Made by a program: the position numbers and the translations under genes. A stretch of 64,000 bases of DNA from Eledone cirrhosa (taxonomy: Eukaryota). Below are positions 11,366 to 23,161 of this stretch, in pieces; position 1 is the stretch's first letter, and each line of letters begins with the position of its first letter. The notes under the pieces are model-generated. The model was not told where the DNA came from. It ran no database searches and saw nothing but the letters and a program-made list of their open reading frames with translations. The stretch is from positions 5,332,001 to 5,396,000 of the forward strand of contig OZ024764.1 in assembly GCA_964016885.1 (NCBI GenBank), given 5' to 3'.

Positions 11366-12826
11366 CAACGTAGTAAGTAAGGCAATCAAAGATATGAAGA
11401 TGGGGAAGGCAACCGGTCCATCGGGTATAGCTGCCGAGATGCTGAAGGCATCTGGGTCTGTAGGTCACACTATAACCACACGTATTGTTAACCAGGTAAT
11501 ACTAGAAGGTGTCATACCAAAAGATTGGTGCAGTAGCATCATTGTCAACTGCTACAAAAGTAAAGGTGATGCACTAGATAGAGGAAACTATAGAGGTATA
11601 AAGCTGATGGACCAGGTCATGAAAGTAACAGAAAGAGTTATAGCACAGTTGAAGAGGCACCACTGATGCCCTCTTCCTTGTCAGGCAGTTACAGGAAAAG
11701 TACCTAGCTAAAAGTAAGCCACTCTACCTGGCATTTGTCGACCTTGAGAAAGCCTTTGACAGAGTTCCACGTGCTGTAATCTGGTGGGCTCTTAGAAAAC
11801 TAGGAGTAGATGAATAGCTTGTGAAAGTGGTACAAGCCATGTATAGGGGAGCAGTCAGCAAAGTTAGGATTAGCAATGAGTATAGCGAGGAATTTAGCGT
11901 ACAGGTTGGGGTCCATCAGGGCTCTGTTCTTAGCCCCCTCCTGTTCATCATTGTCCTGCAGGCAATAACGGAGGACTTTAAGACCGGATGCCCATGGGAA
12001 CTCCTGTATGCTGATGACCTCGCACTTATAGCTGAATCTATGGTAGAACTAGAGAAGAAATTCCAAACTTGGAAGCAGGGACTAGAAAGAAAGGGTCTCA
12101 AAGTCAACATGACAAAGACTAAGGTCCTTGTAAGTAGACGAGAAAACAGAACCCAGATCCCCTCAGGGAAATGGCCTTGCTCAGTATGTAGGAACTCCAT
12201 TCTCTGCCCCAAATGCAAACAATGAGTACACAAGAGATGTAGCGGGATCTCAGGAAGCTTAATTAAGAATGTAGGCTTCACATGCAGCAGCTGTGCTGGG
12301 ACAGCAAGCAGCAAACAGCCACAGGAAACAAGTACCACCAATCTCTGGGAGGGCTCTGTAGAAACAGTAGACAGCTTCTGCTACCTAGGTGACCGAATTA
12401 GCAGCGGAGGTGGGTGTTCAGAAAGTACAATAACTAGGGTAAGAATGGAATGGAAGAAGTTTAGGGAACTACTATCACTGCTAGCTGCAAAAGGCTTCTC
12501 CCTCAAAATGAAAGGCAGACTGTATGATGCGTGTATCCGAACAGCGATGTTGCATGGTAGTGAGACCTGGGCTCTGAAGGTGGAAGACTTACGTAGATTA
12601 GAGAGAAACGAAGCCTGCATGCTCCGATGGATGTGTAACAGTAATATACGCGAACGACAAAGCATAAATGAATTGAGAGACTGAGCATAAGAGGAATCAA
12701 ATGCTGTGTGCAGGAGAGGCGGTTGCGCTGGTATGGACATGTGATGCGTATGAAGGATGACAGCTGCATAAAAAGGTGCAGAGCACTAGAAGTCGATGGA
12801 AACCGCGGAGTGGAGGGACCCAAGAT
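11366..12826 (+). mobile_element. RTE LINE RT pseudogene
   Basis: KATGPSGIAAEMLK, NYRGIKL, FVDLEKAFDRV, GVHQGSVLSPLLF, YADD, YLG and LHGSETW, with stops and deletions. Confidence 0.92.
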
Positions 12827-13204
12827 GAGGAGAGAAAGAGTGTGAGAGAGAGAGAGTGAGATAAAGAGAGGGAGTGAAAGAGAGAAATAGAGGGATTGAG
12901 AGAGATACATTAAAACAATAACAGAAGGTCTGACTGGAGAATTTACTTTAGAATTTTAAGAGAAAAGAGGAAGGTTTCAGACTTCTGGAATTCCTTCACG
13001 AAAATGTCCTATATATCTGGAACACAAACTTCAAAAAATGAGACAACCACTTAATAACCTATAGATCATGTGAGCCCACCAGCTAGATAGATTTCATTGT
13101 TACCAGAAGACAGAGTGACTGTTATAAACACAATGTCCCTCCCTAGTGAAGAATGCACCTCCCAAAATACCTTAGAAGACAACCTGGAAGAAAAGAGTAG
13201 AGAT

Positions 13205-14065
13205 CAAAATCAAAAGGTCTTAAAGTCAATTTGGTAAAGACTAAAGTTCTAGTAAGTAGAAAGGAAAACTGGGCCCAGATCTCTTCAGGTAAACTGTCCT
13301 GCTCAGTGTGCAGAAAAGGAGTAGGTAGAAATTCCCATCCTATGTCCCATATAGAAATGATGGGTACACAAAAGATGTTGTGGGATCTCAGGGAGGCTAA
13401 CAAAGAACGTAGCTTCTACATGTGGCCAATGAACAGGAGCAGTAAATAACAAGAACTCTCAGGTTACAATCTCCTTCAAATACCCAGAAGTATCTGTAGA
13501 GGTGGTAGATAGTTTCTGTTACCTAGGTGACTAAATCAGCAGTGGAGTAGGGTGGTCCAAAAATTCAGTAACCAGAGTGAGATTAGATTGGAGAAAGTGC
13601 AGGGATCTACTACTACTGCAAACTACAAAACATTTTTCCATCAAAATGAAGGGCAGACTGTATGACGCAGGTATACAAACAACAATGTTGCACAGCAGCG
13701 AGACCTGGGCACTGTGTGTAGAAGATCTGTAAAGATTGGAAAGAAATGAGCCTCCATGCTTCAATGGATGTGCCATAGTAATATATGCAAATGGCAAAAC
13801 ATAAATGTACTGTGAGAGGATTTAGGCATAAGAGGGATTAGATGCAGTGTGCAGGAGTGGGATTGTTTTGGTATAGACATGTGATGTGTATGAAGGGTGA
13901 CAGCTGTATAAAAAGGTGCCAAACGCACAAAGTTGACAGAGGCCGTGGAGTGGGCAGGTCTAGGAAGACTTGGGATGAGGTAAGGAAAGCTGATTTTGTA
14001 CAATTACACCTAGCTAAGGCAATGACACAGGATGGTGACCTCTGGCGCTATGCACAATTATAGAG
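13205..14065 (+). mobile_element. RTE LINE 3' coding fragment
   Basis: KGLKVNLVKTKVL through DLWRYAQL, with several frameshifts. Confidence 0.85.
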
Positions 14066-14267
14066 GACTACATCCACAATCCACCAGACATTTTCCCTAC
14101 CAACACCCCACACAAGTTCCCAAACCTCACCATAAAGTGGTCCCGCTGCAGCCATGACAAACGTGTCCAGTCCACACTGTACAGTGGTCTTGTAGGTGTC
14201 TTGCCAAAAATCAATATTGGGCCTTAAAACCTTGAGTCCCTTTTGTTCTGTGTATGAACATAAATAA

Positions 14268-14455
14268 TTGTTTCTACTTTTGGCACAAGGCCAGCAATTA
14301 TCCAGTGCATTACTGGTACTTTATTTTATCGACCCCGTAAGGATGAAAAGCAAAGTTAACCTCGGCGGGATTTGAACTCAGATCATACAAGGAGGTAACT
14401 ATGCGTCAAAGCATGGCGTCCGACTCTCTACCGATACTGCCAATCCACCGCCACT
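14268..14455 (-). mobile_element. tRNA-derived SINE with Deu/Nin-like domain
   Basis: Minus strand has an A-box-like TGGCAGTATCGG, B box GAGTTCAAATCC and CTTTTCATCCTTACGGGGTCGATAAAATAAAGTACCAG. It is flanked by ATAAATAAT repeats. Confidence 0.7.
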
Positions 14456-14534
14456 GAATAAATAATGTAGTATATATATATATATTTGTGTGTGTATCTA
14501 TTTATATATTTAAGTATATTTTTTGTAATCACAG

Positions 14535-14576
14535 GACTGATACAGAGGAGGGTACCGCTCCAGAAAATAATGACGA
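14535..14576 (+). CDS. Putative micro-exon 4 (42 nt; TDTEEGTAPENND)
   Basis: TTTTTTGTAATCACAG | 42 nt | GTAAGT. Confidence 0.7.
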
Positions 14577-14640
14577 GTAAGTTTTAGTTTTACATACTAT
14601 CTAACCATTATTCTATCTGTTCCTTCCCGTCTCTCTCTCT

Positions 14641-14677
<37 letters not shown>

Positions 14678-14802
14678 AGGTGTATTACTGGTTGTGTAAA
14701 ACGGTCCAATAAATTTTTGTTAGCAATATTAAGTCTCCACGCTTTTGTATATCTCCAATTCCATTCAAGGGAACAGCTAGATGATGTAAAACGGAGTATT
14801 TC

Positions 14803-14903
14803 TATCAAAATGAAAATCCGAAGGCAAGGTAAAATTTCCAATCATTTTAATCACATCGTGATTAAAATGATTGGAAATCTTACCTTCCTTTGGATTTTCA
14901 TTT

Positions 14904-14908
<5 letters not shown>
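14803..14908. repeat. 106-bp palindrome; copies at 31649-31754, 50013-50119, 59785-59890
   Basis: TATCAAAATGAAAATCC...TTTTAATCAC ATC GTGATTAAAA...GGATTTTCATTTTGATA. Confidence 0.92.
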
Positions 14909-14946
<38 letters not shown>

Positions 14947-15165
14947 TAAGTTAAAAATGTACATCTACATATGCATACTGAAATACTAGTGTGTATATGA
15001 ATACACACACGTATACATATGTAGGTGTAACAAGTCTTTCACTGGTTGCTTTACTGTGAGCAACCCAGCTATTCCGTATGTAAACACACAGACAAACCGG
15101 TTTTTAGAGTCATACTGGTTTTCGGGGGAACACCTTCCCTCTATTCTCCAGAAAGTCAGACAAGG

Positions 15166-15210
15166 AATATTGAACTAGTTTCGTTGTTGTTACAACTCAT
15201 CAGCAATATT
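15166..15210 (-). ncRNA. Minimal type I hammerhead ribozyme
   Basis: Reverse complement of the motif at 15896-15940. Confidence 0.8.
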
Positions 15211-15895
15211 TACCTATCTACCGGCCCCTCTGGAGAATTGTAAAAGCACATATCGTTATATGCTTTTTCTATGAAAATTAGTAGTGGGCAGACTAATTTG
15301 CATAGAGTGTGAGTACGCACCGGTTCAGCGGAGACGATAAAAACAAATAACAAAACGAAATTAAATTTCGTTTCGTTTGTAACTCACTTTTGTATGACTG
15401 ACGCTTAAACAATTAAGTTAAAAATGTACATCTACATATGCATACTGAAATACTAGTGTGTATATGAATACACACACGTATACATATGTAGGTGTAACAA
15501 GTCTTTCACTGGTTGCTTTACTGTGAGCAACCCAGCTATTTTGTATGTAAACACACAGACAAACCGGTAGCTGGGTTGCTCACAGTAAAGCAACCAGTGA
15601 AAGACTTGTTACACCTACATATGTATACGTGTGTGTATTCATATACACACTAGTATTTCAGTATGCATATGTAGATGTACATTTTTAACTTAATTGTTTA
15701 AGCGTCAGTCATACAAAAGTGAGTTACAAACGAAACGAAATTTAATTTCGTTTTGTTATTTGTTTTTATCGTCTCCGCTGAACCGGTGCGTACTCACACT
15801 CTATGCAAATTAGTCTGCCCACTACTAATTTTCATAGAAAAAGCATATAACGATATGTGCTTTTACAATTCTCCAGAGGGGCCGGTAGATAGGTA

Positions 15896-15940
15896 AATAT
15901 TGCTGATGAGTTGTAACAACAACGAAACTAGTTCAATATT
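15896..15940 (+). ncRNA. Minimal type I hammerhead ribozyme
   Basis: AATATTG-CTGATGA-GTTG TAACAA CAAC-GAAA-C TA G-TT-CAATATT: 7-bp stem I, intact core, 4-bp stem II, palindromic ACTAGT stem III and a GUU cleavage triplet at 15931-15933. Confidence 0.82.
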
Positions 15941-16277
15941 CCTTGTCTGGCTTTCTGGAGAATAGAGGGAAGGTGTTCCCCCGAAAACCAGTATGACTCT
16001 AAAAACCGGTTTGTCTGTGTGTTTACATACGGAATAGCTGGGTTGCTCACAGTAAAGCAACCAGTGAAAGACTTGTTACACCTACATATGTATACGTGTG
16101 TGTATTCATATACACACTAGTATTTCAGTATGCATATGTAGATGTACATTTTTAACTTAATTGTTTAAGCGTCAGTCATACAAAAGTGAGTTACAAACGA
16201 AACGAAATTTAATTTCGTTTTGTTATTTGTTTTTATATATATATATATATATATATGACTCTGTCTCTTATAAACCA

Positions 16278-16540
16278 CGTTGGCTATTATGACACTCTCT
16301 CCAACACAGAGAGCTATGTTGGCTAATATGACTATCTCTCTCTATGTTGGCTATTATGACTCTCTCTCTCTCTCTCTCTCTCCCTCCCTCTCTATGTTGG
16401 CTAATATGACTCTCTCTCTCCCTCTCTATGTTGGCTATTATGACTCTCTCTCTCTCTATGTTGGCTATAATGACTCTCTCTCTCTCTATGTTGGCTATAA
16501 TGACTCTCTCTCTCTCTATGTTGGCTATTATGTCTCTCTC
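16278..16540. repeat. Composite minisatellite ATGTTGGCTA(T/A)(T/A)ATGAC + (TC)n; also 33591-33852, 50170-50822, 59960-60187
   Basis: A 17-bp core separated by variable-length (TC)n. Confidence 0.95.
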
Positions 16541-16895
16541 TGTTCAAGGTTTATGAAGTTAGATGAACATCTTCAAAGTCCTCCCATATTCGCCTCGTCT
16601 AATATGCGTTCTTGTACCTGATTATTCCCCCCAAATCTCCTGGGATGTTATAAGCCATGATGGCTACCTATCTCACAATTTCTCTCCTGCCCACCCCCTC
16701 ATACCACCATAGTCTATTCGACCAATCAAACCTCAGAAACATGTCCCCACCCATTACCAACCCCAACAAACTGCCATTACTACTACTTCTACTTTTCTTC
16801 TAGCCCTTACCAGCCCCAACAAACCCTGACATTATTACTACTATTGTCCTTCTAGCCATGGGCTGAGGATAAATGGGGCTACCCCAAATTAATAA

Positions 16896-18108
16896 ATGAA
16901 TATGAATCCGCAAGTTACCAAGCACCCATGCAAAGCTTTAATTCAGAGACAGGAAGCATACACACCCCACTGCAAAAATTCACCCTTTCCCACGAATGGT
17001 GGCAAATGCCCAAAACTCCGAGTTGGAACCATCAATGTAAGCACAATGAAAGGAAGAGCAGGAGAAATTGTAGAGATGCTAGAGCGAAAGAAAATTGATG
17101 TATGCTGTGTGCAAGAGACTAGATGGAGAGCAGAGTTCGCTGGAGTCCTTGCAGGCAGAAGTCAGTGCTACCAATTTGTCTGGGTAGCAAATGACAACAG
17201 GATGGGAGGTGTAGCTATCCTATTAGCTGACAAATGGGTAGATAAGGTAATCTCAGTGAACAGGGTGAATGCAAGAATAATGAAACTTGGACTAGTCCTG
17301 AATAAAACAATTGCCACAATAATATCAGCTTACGCACCCCAATTGGGGTTGCCAGCTGACTATAGCGGGGAATTTAGTTTAGAGGTCGGTGTCCACCAGG
17401 GCTCTGTTCTTAGCCCACTCCTGTTCGTTAAAGTATTGCAAGCAATAATGGCGGTGATTATGACCGGATGCCCATGGGAACTCCTATATGCGGATCATCT
17501 CACACTTATAGCCGAATCTATGGTGGAACTATACTTGCTCAGTATGTAGGAAAGGAGTAGGCTGGCTGCAAAAGGTTTTCCCCTCAAAATGAAAAGCAGA
17601 CTGTATGATGTGGGTATACGAATAGCAATGTTACATAGTAGTGAAACCTGGGCGCCGTCTGTGGAAGACTTGCATAGATTAGAAAGAAACGAAGCCTGCA
17701 TGCTCCGATGGATGTGTAATAGTAATATACGCAAACGGCAAAGCATAAATGAATTGAGAGAGTGACTGAGCATAAGAGGAATGAAATGCTGTGTGCAGGA
17801 GAGGATGTTGCATTGGACATGTGATGCGTATGAAGGATGACAGCTGTATAAAAAGGTGTAGAGCAGTAGAAGTCGATGGAAGCCGTGGAGTGGGGAGACC
17901 CAAGAAGAGCTGGGATGAGGTGATAAAAGCCGGACTCACTGTAAATGAGGTTGGTGTTAGGAAGGGCATCCAGCTGTAGGAATCAAGCCAGAATCAGTTC
18001 CTGTATGAGCAAGACAAGGTCAGCTGAACAGACACTGCCCACAACAGGACAACCCGTCTAACCCATGCTTGCGTGGAAGAATGGACGTAAAACAGTGATG
18101 AAGATGAT
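16896..18108 (+). mobile_element. Internally deleted RTE LINE (APE endonuclease N-terminus fused to RT motifs, then tail)
   Basis: LRVGTINV, IDVCCVQETRW and ISAYAPQ are joined directly to GVHQGSVLSPLLF and LLYADH. Confidence 0.9.
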
Positions 18109-18111
18109 ATA

Positions 18112-19943
18112 TCATATATGCTAGTGTACTATTTGACATTTGGAGCCTAAAAATATCTCTCCAAAACCAGGGGTCGACTTGTCTGCTGAATATAGTATGT
18201 TACCTTTACCACTGAGGGGTAAACAGTGAAACTGCCTGCCTAACACTTGTTGTACACCAGTTACCATAACTCTAGCAACCCACCACATTTATTTCTACTG
18301 AATCTCATATTTGTTAAGTTTAACGTAGAGATTATAGTAATATCAATGTCTTGCTGTAGCTTATAGGGTAGGTTACCATAGGGCAGGTTACTGTAGGGTA
18401 GGATACTGTCTGGTAGGTTACCATAGGGTAGGTTACTGTAGGGTAGGTTACTGTAGTGTAGGTTACTGTAGGGTAGGTTACTATAGGGTAGGTTACTGTA
18501 GGGTAGATTACTCTAGGCTAGGTTACCATAGGGTAGGTTACTGTAGTGTAGGTTACCATAGGGTAGGTTACCACAGAGTAGGTGACCATAGGGTATGTTA
18601 TTATAGGGTAGGTAACTGTAGGTTAGGTTACTGTAGGGTAGGTTACCTTATGGTAAGTTACTATAGGGTAGGTTACCATAGTGTAGGTTACCTTATGGTA
18701 AGTTACTATAGGGTAGGTTACCATAGGGTAGGTTACCTTATGGTAGGTTACTTTATGGTAAGTTACTATAGGGTAGGTTACCATAGGGTAGGTTACCTTA
18801 TGGTAAGTTACTATAGGGTAGGTTACCATAGTGTAGGTTACCTTATGGTAAGTTACTATAGGGTAGGTTACCATAGGGTAGGTTACCTTAGTGTAGGTAA
18901 GAATAGGGTAGGTTACCATAGGTTAGGTTACTGTAGGGTAGGTTAGCATAAGGTAGGTTACCATAGGGTAGGTTACTGTAGGGTAGGTTACCATAGGGTA
19001 GGTTACTGTAGGTAGGTTACCGTAGGTTAGGTTACTGTAGGGTAGGTTAACATAGGGTTGGTTACCATAGGTTAAGTTCATATAGGTTGTTACCATATGG
19101 TAGGTTACTGTAGGGTAGGTTGCTATAGGGTAGGTTATCGTAGAGTAGGTTACCATAAGGTAGGTTACCGTAGGGTAGGTTACTATAGGGTAGGGTATCA
19201 TAGGATAGGTTACCATAAGGCAGGTTACCATAGAGTAGGTTACCTTAGGGTAGTTTACTATAAGATAGGTTACCATAGTGTAGCTTACCATAGGGTAGGT
19301 TGTTACCATAGGCAAGGTTACTATAGGGTGGGTTACCATAGGGTAGTTTATGATATGGTTGGTTACCATAGTGTAGGTTACTATAACATAGGTTACCATA
19401 GTGTAGGATACCTTAGATTAGGTTACCACAGGATAGGTTACTGTAGGTTAGGTTACCATAGGTTAGGTTAGCAATGGGTAGGTTACTATAGGTTGTTACC
19501 ATAAGGTAGGTTACTGTATGGTGGGTTACCATAGGGTAGGGTACCATAAAGTAGGTTATTATAGTGTAGGTTACCTTAGGATAGGTAACCATAGGGTAGG
19601 TTACTATGGGGTAAGTTACCATAGGGTAGGTTCCCATAGGGTAGGTTAACATAAGCTAGGTTACCTCAGGGTAGGTTACCATACCATAAAGTAGGTTACC
19701 ATAGGTTTGTTAAGGTTAGGCTAGGCTGGTTTACTCGGTGAGTTAAAACTCACTTGTGACTGTAGTGTTTTAGAAGTGTCTCAATCTTTCATGCACCACT
19801 AAATTTTTTAACTATTTCCCCTGAAACTGCCTTATTTTTGGGGGTCATCTTATCAATCGAATAGCGTCCTAAATCTAAATTATACTTCAGAATTTTAGGG
19901 GCCGACTTATGTACCGGATAGACTTGTACACCGGCATATATGG
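18112..19943. mobile_element. pogo/Tigger-like non-autonomous DNA transposon with internal 15-bp satellite
   Basis: Left end TA|TCATATATGCTAGTGTAC and right end GACTTGTACACCGGCATATATGG|TA are imperfect TIRs with TA on both sides and subterminal GGGG(T/C)CGACTT motifs. Confidence 0.7.
18362..19720. repeat. 15-bp tandem satellite
   Basis: Same unit as 984-1940. Confidence 0.97.
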
Positions 19944-19962
19944 TATATATATATATATGCAT

Positions 19963-20297
19963 GGAGGCACATGGCTTAGTGGTTAGAGCATTGGTCATGC
20001 AATCGAAAGGTTGTGAGTTCAATTCTCAGACCGGGTGATGTGTTGGTTCCTTGAGCAAGACACTTTATTTCACATTGCTCCAGTTTACTCAGCTGTAGAA
20101 ATGAGATGATAGGGACTGGGGTCCCTATCATTCCACTGCAAAGTGGTCGTGGAGGTGCCACGGCAAAAAAAGCACCCAGCACTCACTGTAAATGAGGTTG
20201 GTGACAGGAAGGGCATACAGCTGTAGAAATCAAGCCAGAATCAGTTCCCGTCCCGCCCTTGCAAGCAGGGAAAAGTGGACGTAAAATGAAATGATGA
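19963..20297 (+). mobile_element. tRNA-derived SINE with RTE-like tail; copy at 37274-37608
   Basis: A box TGGCTTAGTGG, B box GAGTTCAATTC, central CCTTGAGCAAGACACTT domain, and a tail shared with the RTE 3' UTR. Confidence 0.8.
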
Positions 20298-20596
20298 AAG
20301 AGAGATAGAGAGAAAGAGAGGGAGTGAGAGAGATACATTAAAACAATAACAGAAGGTCTGACTGGAGAATTTACTTTAGAATTCCTTCACGGAAATGTCT
20401 TATTTATCTGTAACACAAACTTCAAAAAACAAGACAACCACTTAATAATCGATAGATCAAGTGAGCCCTCCAGCTAGATAGATTTCCTTGTTACCAGAAG
20501 ACAGAGTGACTGTTATAAACACAAAGTCCTTCCCTAGTGAAGAATGCACCTCCCAACATACCTTAGAATACAACCTGGAAGAAAAGAGTATAGATC

Positions 20597-21190
20597 AAAA
20601 TCAAAAGGTCTTAAAGTCAATTTGGTAAAGACTAAAGTTCTAGTAAGTAGAAAGGAAAACAGGGCCCAGATCTCTTCAGGTAAACTGTCCTGCTCAGTGG
20701 GCAGAAAAGGAGTAGGTAGAAATTCCATCCTATGTCCCATATAGAAATGATGGGTACACAAAAGATGTTGTGGGATCTCAGGAAGGCTAACAAAGAACGT
20801 AGCTTCTACATGTGGCCAGTGAACAGGGGCAGGAAATATCAAGAGCTCTCGAGTTACAATCTCCTTCAAATGCCCAGAAGTCTCTGCAGAGGTGGTAGAT
20901 AGTTTCTGTTACCTAGGTGACTAAATCAGCAGTGGAGGAGGGTGGTCCAAAAACTCAGTAACAAGAGTGAGATTAGATTGGAGAAAGTGCAGGGATCTAC
21001 TACTACTGCTAACTACAAAACATTTTTCCATCAAAATGAAGGGCAGACTGTATGATGCAGGTATACAAACAACAATGTTGCACAGCAGCGAGACCTGGGC
21101 ACTGTGTGTAGAAGATCTGTAAAGATTGGAAAGAAATGAAGCCTCCATGCTTCAATGGATGTGCCATAGTAATATATGCAAATGGCAAAA
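20597..21190 (+). mobile_element. RTE LINE fragment; copy at 37908-38500
   Basis: KGLKVNLVKTKVL...LERNEASMLQWMC, fused to satellite. Confidence 0.85.
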
Positions 21191-21620
21191 CATAGGTTAC
21201 CATTGGGTAGGTTACTGTAGGGTAGGGTACCATAGGGTGGGTTACCATAGGGTAGGTTACTGTATGGTAGGTTACATTTCGTTAGGTTACTGTAGGGTAG
21301 GTTACCATAGGGTAGGTTACCATAGGGTAGGTTACTGTAGGGTAGGTTACCATAGGGTAGTTATGTAGGGTAGGTTACCATAGTGTAGGTTACTGTAGGG
21401 TAGGTTACCATAGAGTAGGATACTGTAGGGTAGGTTACCATAGGTTAGGTCACTGTAGGGTAGGTTACCATAGGGTAGGTTATTATAGGGTAGGTTACCA
21501 TAGGTTAGGTTACTATAGGGTTGGTTGCCATAGGGTATGTTACCATAGGGTAGGTTACTATAAGGTAGGTTACCATACCATAGGTTAGGTTACCATATGT
21601 TTGTTAAGGTTAGGCTAGGC
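21191..21620. repeat. 15-bp tandem satellite
   Basis: Same unit as 984-1940. Confidence 0.95.
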
Positions 21621-21769
21621 TGGTTTACTCGGTGAGTTAAAACTCACTTGCGACTGTAGTGTTTTAGAAGAAGTGTCTTAATCTTTAGTGCGCCACTAAA
21701 TTTTTTAACTATTTCCCCTGAAACTGCCTTATTTTTTGGGTGTCGTCTTATGAATCGAATAGTGTCGTA

Positions 21770-22705
21770 TAGGACTATCTGGCATGTTTTCTATGGCTGG
21801 ATGCCCTTCCTAACACCAACCACGTTTACAGTGTGGGGACTGGGAGGTTTTTACCATGTTAACTACACGGCCAATTTACAGCGTGGACTGTGTGTTTTAT
21901 TGTCATGACACCTACACAACCTCATTTATTTAGGACTGGATGTTGTGTGACCAACATAATTTTACAGAGATGGGGGTGGGAGTAGTGGGGTGGGGGCGTA
22001 TATTTGGTTAAGAGGTGCCTACTGACTGTAGGTTTCGCTTTGTACTTAGGCAAGGGTGGTCTTCTGTATTACTGCGTAGCGCCAAAGATCTCGGTTCAGT
22101 GACATTGTCTTGGAGAGGTGTAAGTGTGTGAGATCGGAATTTATCAATTCGTCCCAGGGTTTTCTGGGTCTGCCTACTCCGTGGCTACCATCTATTTTGA
22201 TCGCCCTGCACTTTTTTATACAGCTGTCGTCTTTCATGCGCATCATGTGACCATACCAACGTAGTCTTCTCTCGAGTAAACAACATCTGATCCCTCTTAT
22301 TCCTAATTTCTCACTTAGTTCATTTATGCTTTGCCGTTCACGTATATTACTATTACACATCCAGCGGAGCATGCAAACTTCATTCCTCTCCAGTCTGCGT
22401 ATATCCTCTGCACACAATGCCCAAGTCTCACTGCCATGTAACATTGTTGTTCGTATGCAGGCATCATACAGCCTGCCTTTCATTTTTAGAGAGAACCCTT
22501 TAGCGGCCAATCGTACAATGAAAAGAGCGTCTGTGATACTTTTACCTGACACAAACCCAAACTGCATTTCATCTAGATCAATTCTCTCTCTGATTAGTTG
22601 CGCTATTACTTTTTCTGTGACCCTCATGAACTGGTCAATTAATTTAATGCCTCTATAGTTTCCCCTATCTAGGGCATCTCCTTTACCCTTGTAGCAGTTA
22701 ATGAT
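21770..22705 (-). mobile_element. RTE LINE fragment with internal deletion; copy at 39195-40135
   Basis: ORF 22046-22759: NYRGIKL, QFGF, DALFIVR fused to LAAKGFSLKMKGRLY. Confidence 0.88.
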
Positions 22706-23119
22706 GATGATATATATATAAAAGAAATAGGATTTCGCTTCAAGCATATCTTTATACAATATGTATAAATATTTTGTATCTCCAAAGAAATACGGTTTTA
22801 GGAAGCCTTAGCTCTGCAAACCCTGGGGGGCTAACGTCCTCTGGTGATGTCCAGCAGAAGCAAAGGGGACAACCGTCTATGCATTTCAGGCTTAACTGGC
22901 CATCGTCAGGACAGTCCCTCCCACTGCTTGCGACTGCTGGCCAGTTAAGCGCGAAATGCATAGATGGTTGTCCCCCTTGCTTCTGCTGGACATCACCAGA
23001 GGCCTTGAAACCCTAAGTCCCTTTTGCTCTGTGTATGAACAGAAATAAATAATGTAATATATATATATGTGTGTGTGTGTATCTATTTATATATTTAACT
23101 ATATTTTTTGTAATCACAG

Positions 23120-23161
23120 GAGACGTGATATGGAGAGAGAACTTTTATGCTTTGATCATCC
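23120..23161 (+). CDS. Putative micro-exon 5 (42 nt; RRDMERELLCFDH)
   Basis: TTTTTTGTAATCACAG | 42 nt | GTAAGT. Phase 0 is closed by TGA. Confidence 0.7.

Larger units (their letters stand above)
14943..16234. mobile_element. Hammerhead-bearing 467-bp tandem/inverted element (retrozyme or Penelope pLTR-like) inserted in (TA)n
   Basis: Period 467 (CAATTAAGTT at 14943 and 15410). 14943-15538 is the reverse complement of 15568-16163. (TA)n lies on both sides, and the site is empty in paralogues at about 50120 and 59890. Confidence 0.8.

Noticed and set aside
11337-12826. Intact or active LINE ORF2
   Set aside because: Stops, frameshifts and deletions in every copy.
15046-15243. 65-aa ORF repeated five times
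   Set aside because: Starts at TTG, is antisense to the hammerhead, and recurs only because of the 467-bp repeat.
16278-16540. CRISPR-like repeat-spacer appearance
   Set aside because: Spacers are only (TC)n, the repeat is 17 bp, there are no cas genes, and the context is eukaryotic.
19963-20035. tRNA gene
   Set aside because: A and B boxes are present but there is no convincing cloverleaf, and the sequence continues into a SINE body and RTE tail.
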